A stretch of 52,287 bases of DNA from the IMG/VR virus record IMGVR_UViG_3300025000_000023; one strand, given 5' to 3'. Origin of the DNA: a virus. The translations under genes were made by a program, and so were the position numbers. Shown here in pieces: positions 33,854 through 43,916 of the stretch (the first letter of the stretch is position 1; each line of letters starts with the position of its first letter). Below the pieces are notes generated by a model that was given only the letters and a program-made list of their open reading frames with translations, had not been told where the DNA came from and did not search any database.

Positions 33854-35053
33854 ATGAATATTATCACTAGAGATTCCCTTGCGAACGACCTTCAGACTCG
33901 TTTCGCATCAGGGCAGAAAGTGTCCATTGAACCGGACAAGGCGGCGCATGTCGCCAACACAGTATTTGGGAAAGCCTCCAATGCCATGAATCCAGCGATG
34001 TTCAGAGCATTGGACTCGAACGTGAAGGACATCTCTTCGTTGAACACCATCAACATCAGTGGCACTTATAGCTCTGGTTTTGACGTTCCTTTCGTGGAGA
34101 ACCAGTCTGTTCGTCAGCTTATCACATCCGGTAAGTTCTCTTCCAACTCTCTTCCTGTCAACTGGCAACAGTTTTGGGATGCGATGCGGATTGACCTCAC
34201 CATGAAGAAGACCATGCATCAGACCATCCGTCAGGAAATCTATCAGATGGTGTCCATGCCGAACGCCACTCGAATCATGACCCTGCAAGAGATGTTCCCT
34301 TATGCCTTTGAGTTCCTTGAGAACAATGGCGAAGGGCAGTCGGTTCCTCTCGGTGAGAAACTGCTTGGTCAGAAAGACACCATGACGTTCTACATCAAGG
34401 CCACTGGCTTTGTGTTCACGTTGCTTGGACAGCTTTTTGACATCACTCTCGACATGGCGAAGATGAACGATGGTGTTGCTATGGCATATGCTCTGCAACG
34501 TGACGAAGATGCAATCAAGCCGATTCTTGATTATAGCTACTCTGGCACACAGCAGACTGCGGCTTACATCGATGCGGCGGCCAAACGTCAGGAGCTCCTG
34601 TACAATACCATCGTGAATGGCATTGATGGACTCGGAAATCGTGTTGACCCGTTCACAAAGGAAAGGATTCCGACCTCTGGACTCGTGTTGCTTGGTGCAA
34701 CCTATGACCTGAACCACATCCAACAGGTGATGGCTGGTCTTCCGTCCACCAACGAACGTGTCTACGGTCAGATTCCTCAGATTGCGAAGATGGTTGCATA
34801 CGATACTGAATACATCCAGTTCGGCAACAGAACCCGCACGTTCACTGGTGTGACCCCTGGAAAAGTGTATCTGATCAAACCGAACAGATATATGACCATC
34901 GCCACCAAACGTGAGCTGACCATGGAAGCCGATGCGAAACCAGACGTGTTGACTCTTGCAAGAGAGGAACGGTCTTGGTACTACTGTGAAGCGATTTACA
35001 ATGAGCTTGGCATTGCCAACTTCATTCAGGAAATCACCCTCCCAACTTGGTAG
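33854..35053 (+). CDS. Major capsid protein
   Basis: AAGGAG lies 7 nt upstream of ATG 33854. The 399-aa ORF is followed by a strong hairpin, and the position in the head module fits. Confidence 0.7.
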   Translation: MNIITRDSLANDLQTRFASGQKVSIEPDKAAHVANTVFGKASNAMNPAMFRALDSNVKDISSLNTINISGTYSSGFDVPFVENQSVRQLITSGKFSSNSLPVNWQQFWDAMRIDLTMKKTMHQTIRQEIYQMVSMPNATRIMTLQEMFPYAFEFLENNGEGQSVPLGEKLLGQKDTMTFYIKATGFVFTLLGQLFDITLDMAKMNDGVAMAYALQRDEDAIKPILDYSYSGTQQTAAYIDAAAKRQELLYNTIVNGIDGLGNRVDPFTKERIPTSGLVLLGATYDLNHIQQVMAGLPSTNERVYGQIPQIAKMVAYDTEYIQFGNRTRTFTGVTPGKVYLIKPNRYMTIATKRELTMEADAKPDVLTLAREERSWYYCEAIYNELGIANFIQEITLPTW

Positions 35054-35071
35054 CCCTCCTTGTTCATACCC

Positions 35072-35100
35072 GACTACAGGAGCTTGCCACTCCTGTAGTC
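35072..35100 (+). terminator. Stem-loop after the capsid gene (terminator or attenuator)
   Basis: An 11-bp perfect stem (gactacaggag/ctcctgtagtc) with a 7-nt loop; the T-tract is weak. Confidence 0.5.
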
Positions 35101-35116
35101 ACCTTTGAGGTGAAAG

Positions 35117-35479
35117 ATGACAAATCTTGAGAAGCTGAAATGGTACATGTATCCGTATTATCAAACATATGAATATGAAGCCATCCTTGACGAGTATATT
35201 ACCACCTATGGTAGCGTGGAGCGTGCCGCTTCAGCATTATGGGGTGAGCTTCCGCCACGCATAGCGTCTGGTGGCATAAAGTCATATGATACTGGTGCAT
35301 CATCCACGGTCTTTCAAGATTTGAACAAAATAACTGATTATTGCAGAGAGCGTGCCAAGCATTACGAAATGGTGGCTCGTGACAATGAGACAAATGGTTC
35401 GATTATTGCGAGGACACGCAGGACTCGTATTATTGGAGGAGCTAATGATAGACAGTATGTTGGCTTCGATTATGATTGA
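35117..35479 (+). CDS. Head-tail connector candidate
   Basis: GAGGTG RBS present; assigned by position after the capsid gene. Confidence 0.4.
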   Translation: MTNLEKLKWYMYPYYQTYEYEAILDEYITTYGSVERAASALWGELPPRIASGGIKSYDTGASSTVFQDLNKITDYCRERAKHYEMVARDNETNGSIIARTRRTRIIGGANDRQYVGFDYD

Positions 35480-35939
35480 ACAACTGCGTGAAGTTGAGAT
35501 GGGCAGGATTCTAAGTAATCCTGTCACGATAAGATTGAACTATCGTGAGACAAAAGACAATGGATTTGGTGTTCTTATACCAGATTTGTCCAAAGCTTTA
35601 TACTACGTGGAGTCATATCCGTTCATGATAGCACCTGAGCAGACACCAGTCTTGAAGGTCGCTGGCTCTGAGTCGCCTTTTGGCATTGCGAACCAGAGCA
35701 TTCTCATGATACCGTATGACAATACATGGCTGAAAGAGAACATGGTCTTTGATGCGAATCAGAGAAGATATAAGATATTGTCCATCAATACGAACGTGGT
35801 GATGGGTGGCGTGATAAGCAAGATGGCTAGGCTTCAGGATGTAACAGAGACAATCGATGTGTCCTCAGACCTTGCTGTTATTGGTGATGCTGGCGTGCTG
35901 TTCGATGGTAGCGATGCGTTTGTGATAGGAGAGGCATGA
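35445..35939 (+). CDS. Head-tail connector / head closure candidate
   Basis: An internal ATG lies behind GGAGGAG. The start is uncertain; 35457 is the alternative. Confidence 0.4.
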   Translation: MIDSMLASIMIEQLREVEMGRILSNPVTIRLNYRETKDNGFGVLIPDLSKALYYVESYPFMIAPEQTPVLKVAGSESPFGIANQSILMIPYDNTWLKENMVFDANQRRYKILSINTNVVMGGVISKMARLQDVTETIDVSSDLAVIGDAGVLFDGSDAFVIGEA

Positions 35940-36136
35940 TGGACAGCATATTCATTTCGTTGGTAGGTGCTGAGATTGATGAAGGTCAGTTGCTGATGGC
36001 CATATCACGAAAGACCGCATACCGTATGCTCATCGAGCTTGCCACGAACCTTGGTCTGTCTGATACTGGTGTATCAATGGAGAACATGAGACAGCCTGTC
36101 ATGAAAGAAGACGATGACCTTCTTCCAGCGAGGTAG
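35936..36136 (+). CDS. Hypothetical small structural-module protein
   Basis: ATGA-coupled start. Confidence 0.45.
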   Translation: MMDSIFISLVGAEIDEGQLLMAISRKTAYRMLIELATNLGLSDTGVSMENMRQPVMKEDDDLLPAR

Positions 36137-36139
36137 CGT

Positions 36140-36559
36140 ATGGCCTTGATTCGTGGTGCGACAAGAGTAACATCGACTGACGTTCTGAAGGTGCTTGCGA
36201 ATATACAGAAGATTTATGCAGGACGTGAGGAACAGGCTTTTTGGCTTGCACAGGAATTTGCAGATGCGATTGATAGGGACTTTGATGCAATTCAACGTTC
36301 CAAAAGGCCATGGACAAAGGGAGCATTCTGGAAGAACAGAACTGGGCGTGCGGCAGGTGGATGGTACACACAGGCATGGAAGGTTGGAAAGAACGTTGGA
36401 TTTACTATCTCTCATAGTGCAAACACACGGTATGCAGAGCAGTTGGAAGGATATGTCACCAGCAAGAAAGGTGACACGAGCGTGAACATCATGATGAACC
36501 AGTATGCAAACAATTTTCTGACCGAACTGTATCTTTTATATGGAGGCAACAATGCTTAA
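36140..36559 (+). CDS. HK97 gp10-like head-tail joining protein (candidate)
   Basis: Assigned by position, size (139 aa) and composition. Confidence 0.4.
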   Translation: MALIRGATRVTSTDVLKVLANIQKIYAGREEQAFWLAQEFADAIDRDFDAIQRSKRPWTKGAFWKNRTGRAAGGWYTQAWKVGKNVGFTISHSANTRYAEQLEGYVTSKKGDTSVNIMMNQYANNFLTELYLLYGGNNA

Positions 36560-36950
36560 GGCTCTTGCTGATTATATCAAGACAAACACCTCCATAACAC
36601 GTGTGCTTCCTGAAGGTGGCTTGAACCAGAACATGGGTGCTGGAACAGAGGCATATATTGAGGTTCGTGAGGTTGAGAAGTTCGGTGCATTTCGTAGCTC
36701 GAATAGAAACAGCACTGTTGAGTTTGGTGTCAAGGTGTGCTTCCCGATAAATCATCAGATTGATTTGGACAACTTCGTGTTGTTTGAATTGTTTGATGAG
36801 CTTGATGGAAAAGTTCTTACGGTAACGAACGGTACAACTGTTTCATATGTCCAGATGGAAGTCACATCCGAGGTGTCTGGTGTTAATCGCGAGGATGATG
36901 GGTACATATCACGAGAAAGGCTGGTGTCAATGCCTTGCAGATGGAGGTGA
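36552..36950 (+). CDS. Tail terminator/completion protein candidate
   Basis: GGAGG lies 5 nt upstream of ATG 36552; assigned by position. Confidence 0.4.
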   Translation: MLKALADYIKTNTSITRVLPEGGLNQNMGAGTEAYIEVREVEKFGAFRSSNRNSTVEFGVKVCFPINHQIDLDNFVLFELFDELDGKVLTVTNGTTVSYVQMEVTSEVSGVNREDDGYISRERLVSMPCRWR

Positions 36951-36952
36951 GC

Positions 36953-37126
36953 ATGAGATTCAAGTATTATCTTGGTAGCGTGCTGGTGTGTGAGTCGGAC
37001 TCGAAAGTCCACTTCACTGCTGGCTATCCTGCCATTGTCGAAAAAGAAGAAGAGGTGAAAGCCTCAAAGAAGACGAAATCAACTGTAGTGTCTACAGTAG
37101 AGAATGAAGTGAAGGAGGAACTATAA
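36953..37126 (+). CDS. Small hypothetical protein
   Basis: The RBS is GGAGGTGAGC-ATG; the product is 57 aa. Confidence 0.35.
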   Translation: MRFKYYLGSVLVCESDSKVHFTAGYPAIVEKEEEVKASKKTKSTVVSTVENEVKEEL

Positions 37127-38070
37127 TGAGTTTCGCTAAAGACAGAAAAACTGGCTTTTCTAATGAAGGATTCCGTATACGGCGTGTGAATCCTGACGGT
37201 ACGTACCCTGCTGTAGACAATCATCTTGGCTTCGCTGGTACGGTGAATGCGGGTGCTCTCGGAGCTACTGATGTATTGTCATATCGTTGGGATGGTGTTG
37301 GTGCATTCGCTGACATTGTGTGCAACCTAACTGCTGTCGGTGCTGACCCGACTGCGGCGACTCCGCTTGAGATTGCAACGGCACTGAATCTGATTGCAAA
37401 CTTTGCGGCTCAGTTCATAGCTTCCGTTGATACTCCTACAGGTCGTCTGCTGATTGAAAACGCCGTGGCTGTTACGGGCAAGACGTATCTTGAACTCAAA
37501 GGTGACACTGCTATTGGTCTTGGATTTGGTGCAAATGGAGATGCATCTGCGATGGGCACTCAGTTTGTGGAATGCTACGATGACTCTGCGGCTATCTCTC
37601 TTCCGAAGAACTGGAAAGATGGTGAAGAGATTGAGCAGGAGTCAGGCAGTGGTAACATCGACTCGATGCTGATTGACGGAGTGCTGAAAGGCGTGAATCC
37701 TTCAATCGCTCTCACCGATGAGATGTACGAGCTGAAGCAGATGCTCATGGGTGGTGCGTGGAGCGAAAGTGACACTGAGTACACTCCCCCGACATCGGAA
37801 CTCGTGGTTGCACCGCTGTGTGCCGCTGAGATTTTCGTTGCCAAATACGGGAAAGGCTCTCAGCACCGTGGCGACATGACTGGCTACAAGATGTACAAGA
37901 TTCCACGCATGACTGGACACGAGACCGACCTTTCTCATGAAGTCAAGGGTTGGGCGGCTTATCAGTTTGAATGCATGGCCTCTGAGTACATGGAAGGAAC
38001 CGTGCGTAAGCCTGGCTATACTGAAAAAGAACTGACCATTGCGCAAGCAACCACTCTCGGTATCGTATAA
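37126..38070 (+). CDS. Major tail (tube) protein candidate
   Basis: AGGAGG RBS and a 314-aa ORF, followed by a strong terminator and then the chaperone and tape-measure genes. Confidence 0.6.
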   Translation: MSFAKDRKTGFSNEGFRIRRVNPDGTYPAVDNHLGFAGTVNAGALGATDVLSYRWDGVGAFADIVCNLTAVGADPTAATPLEIATALNLIANFAAQFIASVDTPTGRLLIENAVAVTGKTYLELKGDTAIGLGFGANGDASAMGTQFVECYDDSAAISLPKNWKDGEEIEQESGSGNIDSMLIDGVLKGVNPSIALTDEMYELKQMLMGGAWSESDTEYTPPTSELVVAPLCAAEIFVAKYGKGSQHRGDMTGYKMYKIPRMTGHETDLSHEVKGWAAYQFECMASEYMEGTVRKPGYTEKELTIAQATTLGIV

Positions 38071-38088
38071 TCTAGCGAACGTAGCACT

Positions 38089-38120
38089 AGGGGTGGTCAT
38101 TGAACAGGCCACCCCTTTTT
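38089..38120 (+). terminator. Intrinsic terminator after the major tail gene
   Basis: The GC-rich stem aggggtgg/ccacccct is followed by TTTTT. Confidence 0.8.
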
Positions 38121-38134
38121 AAAAAGGAAAGGGT

Positions 38135-38836
38135 ATGGACGTACATGGCAAGGACGGACTACAGGTTATAAAAGAGAACACAGAAGTGCCAATTCTTCTT
38201 CCTTGGAACGGAGAATTTGGTCTTTTCACTATACGCATGCTGAATGCCACTCAGCTTAGAGCCTGTGGCGATTTCACAACACTGGAACTTGATACTGAAG
38301 AAGACGAGACAAAAGCTCCTGACTTTGAAGCGATAAAGAGCTTGAAGAACATGCAGGAGAAGATGTTCACGCTTGCTTTGGTGAAGCCTACATTTGATGA
38401 GATGTGCGAGATTCTTGAAGTGTCGGACACAATCAAAAGATGCCGTGCAACGCTCAAGCATGCACGAGAGCAGATACGTCTCGTTGAGGATGTTGAGGAA
38501 GCTCACAAGTATGAGGAAGAGATAGACTTTTACGAGAACGCTCTTGGCTTCCTTCTTCCTGATGACTTTTCCGCCGCACTCACGGCTCTCTTGTTGCAGA
38601 AGGACAATACGGACATACGCAAGGTCACGAAGGAGATGCTTTTTGAGGCCGCTATCATGGCAGAGAAAGGCCATGACAATCCATCAAGTCATATCAGCGG
38701 TGTATTCACGGACTTCCAGCGTGAGGACATCAACAAGTATGCATGGATTGAGCTTGCCAAGTACAAGGAAATGCAGGATACCGACAAGAGCGTAAACGGT
38801 CGTGTGTGGGTACGTGGTAAGAAAAGGAGAAAATAA
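38135..38836 (+). CDS. Tail assembly chaperone candidate
   Basis: An acidic 233-aa ORF immediately upstream of the tape-measure gene. Confidence 0.5.
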   Translation: MDVHGKDGLQVIKENTEVPILLPWNGEFGLFTIRMLNATQLRACGDFTTLELDTEEDETKAPDFEAIKSLKNMQEKMFTLALVKPTFDEMCEILEVSDTIKRCRATLKHAREQIRLVEDVEEAHKYEEEIDFYENALGFLLPDDFSAALTALLLQKDNTDIRKVTKEMLFEAAIMAEKGHDNPSSHISGVFTDFQREDINKYAWIELAKYKEMQDTDKSVNGRVWVRGKKRRK

Positions 38837-41800
38837 TGCCTGATGCTGGAACAATAAGAAGTGCCATACGGATAGATGTGTTCAGCGTGAAAAAGGACTT
38901 GCTAGAGGCAAGCACTGCTTTCAAGCTTAAGACTGCTAACATGGCTTCGTCAGCGGAGAAGTTAGGCATTACTGTCGATGCAATGCTTAAGAAGCAGTCA
39001 AAGTCATTGCTTAAATTGGCGTCTCTTTTTCCATTGTTGCGCTCACAGTATATCGCCATGGCAAAGGCCACAAAAGACCCCGCTGAACGTAAAGCGTATG
39101 AGGACAAGATTGCCATACTTGAGCAGTTGATGATTAAGGTCGAGAAGTATGCTGACCGTTCAAAGAAACTTGCTGAGACAAAGAAGCGTAAGGAAAAGGA
39201 AGAAGCGGCACTTGCGAAAGAGACTGCTGATGCGGTAGTCCTTGCAGAACAGCAGAAGCAAGCCGCCATGAAGAACAGCATCGGCATGAAAGTGCTCACC
39301 ATCGTGAAGTCCTTGCTGTACTACAAGGTCATCATGACGGCGATGCGTGCCCTTGGTCAAGCGGTGCGTGAGGCGGCGACTGCAACGGTTGAGTACGAAC
39401 AGCAACTTGCAAACACTCAGTCCGTGGCGCAGGGCACGTCTAAAGATTTGCGTGCTCTTGATGCGGCGGCACGGCGTGCTGGTGAGACGACACGTTTCAC
39501 TGCTCGTGAGTCTGCTGAAGCCTTGTACTTCATGGCATCCGCTGGATACTCGGCTACCGAGTCCATACAGGCTCTTGACGGTACGCTTGCCATGGCACAG
39601 GCCACTGGTCAATCGTTGCAGAGCACAGCGGAAGTACTTGCTGTCACAATCGCTCAGTTCGGCTTGGAAGCCTCCGAGTCGATGCGTGTTGCTAACGCGA
39701 TGACAGCCGGTATCACGAGTTCGCAAGCAACCATGGACAAATATAAGACCTCGTTGTATCAAGTCGGCCCTGTTGCGGCTGGTACTGGTCGTAGTTTGGA
39801 GGAAGTGCTTGGTATCTTGAACGTCATGTATGATTCAGGTATGCAAGCATCACGTGCTGGTCGTGCTATGCGTAACGCCATGGCAGAGCTTTCAAATGAA
39901 TCGAGTGCGACTGTGAAGAAGCTCACTGCAATGGGAATCGCATTCAAAGACATTGATGTAACTCAGCATTCTCTCGTTGATGTGTTTGGCACACTGAATG
40001 ATGCTGGCTTGTCAACCGGTCAGATTATGAAAGCCTTTGGCAAAGTAATTGGGCCTCAGATGCAGGTTATCATCAGGTCTTCACGTGAGGAACTTGAAAG
40101 GTACACCAAGGAAGTAACCAACACAAACAAGGCAGTTCTTGCGGCGCACATTCAGAACGACACGTTGCAGGGCGACCAGTATCGATTGAAGTCCGCATGG
40201 GAAGCCTTGGCGATTTCCATTGGAAACAACCTCATTCCAGCGTTCAGGTCTGTCATCCAATCTATGTTCGAGGGCATACGTGCCGTGAACATTTGGGTGA
40301 AGAGGCTCAGTGGTGCGCACAGCATTGCTGATGACTTCTCACGCACCATGAACACTTTGAAGGAACGGCAGGATGAGTATAGTCGTTTGACAAGCTTGCT
40401 GAACGACAAAACTATTGCGCTCACTGCGAGTGAACGAAAACTGTACGAACAGAGACTTCGCCAAGCGGCTCTGGATATATCGGCTTCACTGCGTGAGCTA
40501 TCAAACGATTATGAGGATGTTATTCAAAAGCAAGCAAATCTAGAGAGAGCGAATGCACTGGCAGAGAGCTTTCAGAAGCAACAGGAAGAATATGAGAAGC
40601 TTGTCATGTTGTACCAGTCGTTCGATTTCAGCGCAATGGAAGCAAAGCGTGCTGATGCAATCAAGAAAGCTCTTTTTTCAAGCTATCAGAATCTGACATC
40701 AAATCAGCAGAAGATACGTGCTGAGTATAATATCATGCTTGGATTGGTTGATGAATCAACAAGAGAAACACTCACAAAATTGTTTAAGGGTGTTGCACGC
40801 ATTCCTGTTGAAGTTGATAAGAGCAATGAGAAACTAGGTGCTGTGCTTGCACAGCCATTTGGTGATGCAGATGCTTTTATACGAGCCATGTCTGACCCAC
40901 ACTATTACAAGGGTGTCACAGCGACCATGGGATATGCCGTGCAGTCCTTTGCAAACGCAACTGAAGTAGCCTTCATCGATACTGGTCTTGCTGTAGCCGC
41001 CGCTTCCAACGATATTGACAATGCATTGAAAGCTTTCACGCAGACCACAGAAGAGACAGTATTCCAAGTCGCAAAGCTCTATGCGGCTGAAGCAATCACT
41101 GAGAAGCATATGATGTCGTTGAATCCAGTGCTCAGGGAACGAATAAAGAATCAGGCGGAACTCTTGAAGCTTGAGAAAAAGACCGCTGACGACACTGTGG
41201 AATATGAGGCTATCGAGGCCATGCGTGAACAGCTAGACCTGTCAAGTAAAGTCAATGAAGCCACTGTTGAGCTCAACAAGACGATGCTTGATAACGCCAT
41301 CGACATGCTCACATCTAGCTCAAATATTGAAACGGCGAGTGCTGGATTTGATGAGCTCCGTGCATCGGTAATTGCAGAGACAGAAGCTCTTCGTAAACAA
41401 GCACAGGCGCAGTATGATGCGAACGAGGCTCTCGTTGAGGAAGCCGAGAACGTAGGCCCTGCAACTCTAGCCGCATTGAGACTAATCAACACACGCCAGC
41501 TTGAGAATGAAATGCTGAAGGCCAATTTGTTTGAGACTCAGAAGCTCATGAAGGTTGAGCGTGAACGGCTCGCCGCACTTGGCTTGCTTGAAAGCGTAGA
41601 GCTTGACAGGCTCAGCACGCTTGAGAAATCGTACAAGACCTCACAGTCAGTGTTCCAGAAGTATTATGAAGAGCTTGCCAATGCAGAGCTGAAGGAACGT
41701 GAGGAAGCGGTGAAGACCGCATATGATAAGGCTCAGAGTCTTGACGCTATTGGCAAGGCGTATCAGATGGAGCTCAATCTGCTTGTTGCAAAGAATGCGG

Positions 41801-43185
41801 CGAAGATGGATGAGCTCAAGGCTTCCGCTGAGAAGGAAGCGACCGCACAGCAGGAGGCTCTTGCCGAGTGGGAGCGTGAGGCAAAGGTTGCCTATGACCA
41901 AGATGTGTTGAATCTGAGGGAGGCTAGCATAGCCAAGAAGAATGACTCCATAGCACGTGAGGCACAGCGTATATCTGAGGCTGAGTCTCTACGTACGGAA
42001 GAGCTTGCATCATTGGCTATCGACTATGCAAAGGGCGCTATCACGTTTGATAAATATGAGTCTGAAAAGATTCTTGCAAATCAGAGAGCCGAGGATGAGA
42101 TATCGTTGGCACATTCTGATGGTGTCATTGAGCGTGAGGCAGTTGATGCAGACTCAAAGACACAGCTTGATAAAGCCGAGCAAGCGCATACCGCAAAAGT
42201 CATTGCAGAGCATGAAAAGCTGAACAATCTGCTCATCTATCTCGGCATAGCACTCAATGACGCGCAGAAAGCGCAGTTCGCTGAGTACCTCAAGTGGATT
42301 GAGGAAGCTGGCGTGAAGCAGAAGACCGCCGCAGAGAAGCTTGCCGATGCGATATTCGAGGACACCAAGAAGCTCGTCACCACCATCACAGGTATGGTCG
42401 GGGACATCGATGCAATCATGGACTCTGCTCTTGAACGTCAGCTCGACCGTATGGACAGGGCTCTGAAAGCTCTCACAGACTATTATGATGAGCAGGAAAT
42501 TCTTGCAAAGGAAACGGCTGGTGTTGAGGAAGACACCGAGCGTGAGAAGCTTGAGAAGAATCTCATGGAGGCGCAGAAATCCGCAGATGGCGAGGCAATC
42601 ATAGAGGCTGAGAAGGAACTCAAGCGCTTTGACATCAAGCAGGAGTTTGATGCGAAACGAAAGAAGGCTGATGAAGATGCGGCATGGGCTAAGGCACAGC
42701 TTGAGTATAAGTACGCCATGATATCATGGGGCTTGAATGCGGCGCGTGTCGCGTCTGAAGCGGCTCTTGCTATCATAACTGCAATACGTGCAGCGGCAAG
42801 TGCTCCTTTGTTGAAGGGCTGGATGATTGCGGCAACAAGTGTTGCGGCAGGTGCACAGATTGCGGCGCATGTTGCTTCCAAGCCGAGTGCTCCCGTGAAA
42901 GCTGACTACTTCGGAACAGGTGGTATGATACACGGAACGTCTGAAGGTACGATGGTCGTGGCTGGTGAGCGCAACAGGACGGAGGCTATATTCAATCCAG
43001 AGCAGATGGCGAATCTTCTGCTTGCGATTGGAAACGGCAAGATGTCTGGAATATCAGAGCCCATGCAGGTGACGTTTGTGATGCAGACTCCTGACGGTCG
43101 TGAGACCGCTAGAGAGACTGTCGCACTTATCAATAAAGGAAACTATCTGATTGACCCGAAAAAAGGTATAAGGAAGGTGTCGTAA
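38836..43185 (+). CDS. Tape measure protein
   Basis: The product is 1449 aa, mostly A/E/K/L-rich coiled coil, with a hydrophobic Ala-rich segment near the C-terminus. The position fits. Confidence 0.9.
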   Translation: MPDAGTIRSAIRIDVFSVKKDLLEASTAFKLKTANMASSAEKLGITVDAMLKKQSKSLLKLASLFPLLRSQYIAMAKATKDPAERKAYEDKIAILEQLMIKVEKYADRSKKLAETKKRKEKEEAALAKETADAVVLAEQQKQAAMKNSIGMKVLTIVKSLLYYKVIMTAMRALGQAVREAATATVEYEQQLANTQSVAQGTSKDLRALDAAARRAGETTRFTARESAEALYFMASAGYSATESIQALDGTLAMAQATGQSLQSTAEVLAVTIAQFGLEASESMRVANAMTAGITSSQATMDKYKTSLYQVGPVAAGTGRSLEEVLGILNVMYDSGMQASRAGRAMRNAMAELSNESSATVKKLTAMGIAFKDIDVTQHSLVDVFGTLNDAGLSTGQIMKAFGKVIGPQMQVIIRSSREELERYTKEVTNTNKAVLAAHIQNDTLQGDQYRLKSAWEALAISIGNNLIPAFRSVIQSMFEGIRAVNIWVKRLSGAHSIADDFSRTMNTLKERQDEYSRLTSLLNDKTIALTASERKLYEQRLRQAALDISASLRELSNDYEDVIQKQANLERANALAESFQKQQEEYEKLVMLYQSFDFSAMEAKRADAIKKALFSSYQNLTSNQQKIRAEYNIMLGLVDESTRETLTKLFKGVARIPVEVDKSNEKLGAVLAQPFGDADAFIRAMSDPHYYKGVTATMGYAVQSFANATEVAFIDTGLAVAAASNDIDNALKAFTQTTEETVFQVAKLYAAEAITEKHMMSLNPVLRERIKNQAELLKLEKKTADDTVEYEAIEAMREQLDLSSKVNEATVELNKTMLDNAIDMLTSSSNIETASAGFDELRASVIAETEALRKQAQAQYDANEALVEEAENVGPATLAALRLINTRQLENEMLKANLFETQKLMKVERERLAALGLLESVELDRLSTLEKSYKTSQSVFQKYYEELANAELKEREEAVKTAYDKAQSLDAIGKAYQMELNLLVAKNAAKMDELKASAEKEATAQQEALAEWEREAKVAYDQDVLNLREASIAKKNDSIAREAQRISEAESLRTEELASLAIDYAKGAITFDKYESEKILANQRAEDEISLAHSDGVIEREAVDADSKTQLDKAEQAHTAKVIAEHEKLNNLLIYLGIALNDAQKAQFAEYLKWIEEAGVKQKTAAEKLADAIFEDTKKLVTTITGMVGDIDAIMDSALERQLDRMDRALKALTDYYDEQEILAKETAGVEEDTEREKLEKNLMEAQKSADGEAIIEAEKELKRFDIKQEFDAKRKKADEDAAWAKAQLEYKYAMISWGLNAARVASEAALAIITAIRAAASAPLLKGWMIAATSVAAGAQIAAHVASKPSAPVKADYFGTGGMIHGTSEGTMVVAGERNRTEAIFNPEQMANLLLAIGNGKMSGISEPMQVTFVMQTPDGRETARETVALINKGNYLIDPKKGIRKVS

Positions 43186-43916
43186 TGAGAGTACTGTATA
43201 ACAACGTGGCGACCGAGGCGGCTATAACGACAACATCTGAGAACGTGAACTTTCCTTTGGGCAACCTGTTTGTTCCAGCCCTGTCCACGCCGTACAGGTC
43301 TCTAGCGACCCCTGTAGACCTTTATCTAACCTTTGATGTGGAAGAGGCGATAAATTGCATTTCATTGGCTGGACACAACTTGACAACACTCAGATACAGG
43401 GTGTATGATATAGGTGACAATATTGTTGAGGATGTCAGCTTACTAGAGGTCGAGCCAACGGCGATGATATATCTTTCACAATCAACGGCGAAGAAGATAC
43501 GGCTCACGATGAACTCCGATGAGACCTACATTTCGATTGGTGCTTTGTTTACTGGCATGTATTACCAGATGCCCTATCCGATTGCCTATTATGACGAGAC
43601 GATTGAGATGACCAACGAACGCTTTGAAACAGCGTTCGGTCAGGTCTTCGGAAGTGATGGAGAGTTTTTACAGACATATTCGCCTGAGTTTGTCAACATA
43701 ACCATGGCACAGTTCAATGCAATAAAGACAATGCTTCAAGCTGTGCGTAACTTTGTTCCTCTGTTTGTTGACATGACGGAGGATGCGCATGAATACAAGG
43801 CTCCGCTGTACTGCACGGTCAGCCTTGATTCAATCCCGAACTCCCGCTATGTGAGAGCGAACAAGATTGATGGTCAGAAGCGCACGATTTCATTGAAAAT
43901 CAGGGAGGCCAAGTAA
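43185..43916 (+). CDS. Distal tail protein (Dit) candidate
   Basis: TAATG-coupled directly to the tape-measure gene; 243 aa. Confidence 0.5.
   Translation: MRVLYNNVATEAAITTTSENVNFPLGNLFVPALSTPYRSLATPVDLYLTFDVEEAINCISLAGHNLTTLRYRVYDIGDNIVEDVSLLEVEPTAMIYLSQSTAKKIRLTMNSDETYISIGALFTGMYYQMPYPIAYYDETIEMTNERFETAFGQVFGSDGEFLQTYSPEFVNITMAQFNAIKTMLQAVRNFVPLFVDMTEDAHEYKAPLYCTVSLDSIPNSRYVRANKIDGQKRTISLKIREAK

Noticed and set aside
31494-34723. Long antisense ORFs opposite the structural genes, for example 31494-32198, 32874-33677 and 33908-34723. Similar cases lie opposite the tape-measure and tail genes at 38730-39302 and 45418-46239.
   Set aside because: These are shadow ORFs. They have Ser/Arg/Cys-rich, non-protein-like composition, no RBS, and lie wholly inside strongly supported sense genes.
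38135-38836. A programmed -1 frameshift (G/GT type) in the tail chaperone gene.
   Set aside because: The tape-measure ATG follows immediately. There is no downstream T-like frame: the only overlapping + ORF (38544-38795) ends before the chaperone stop. I saw no convincing slippery heptamer.
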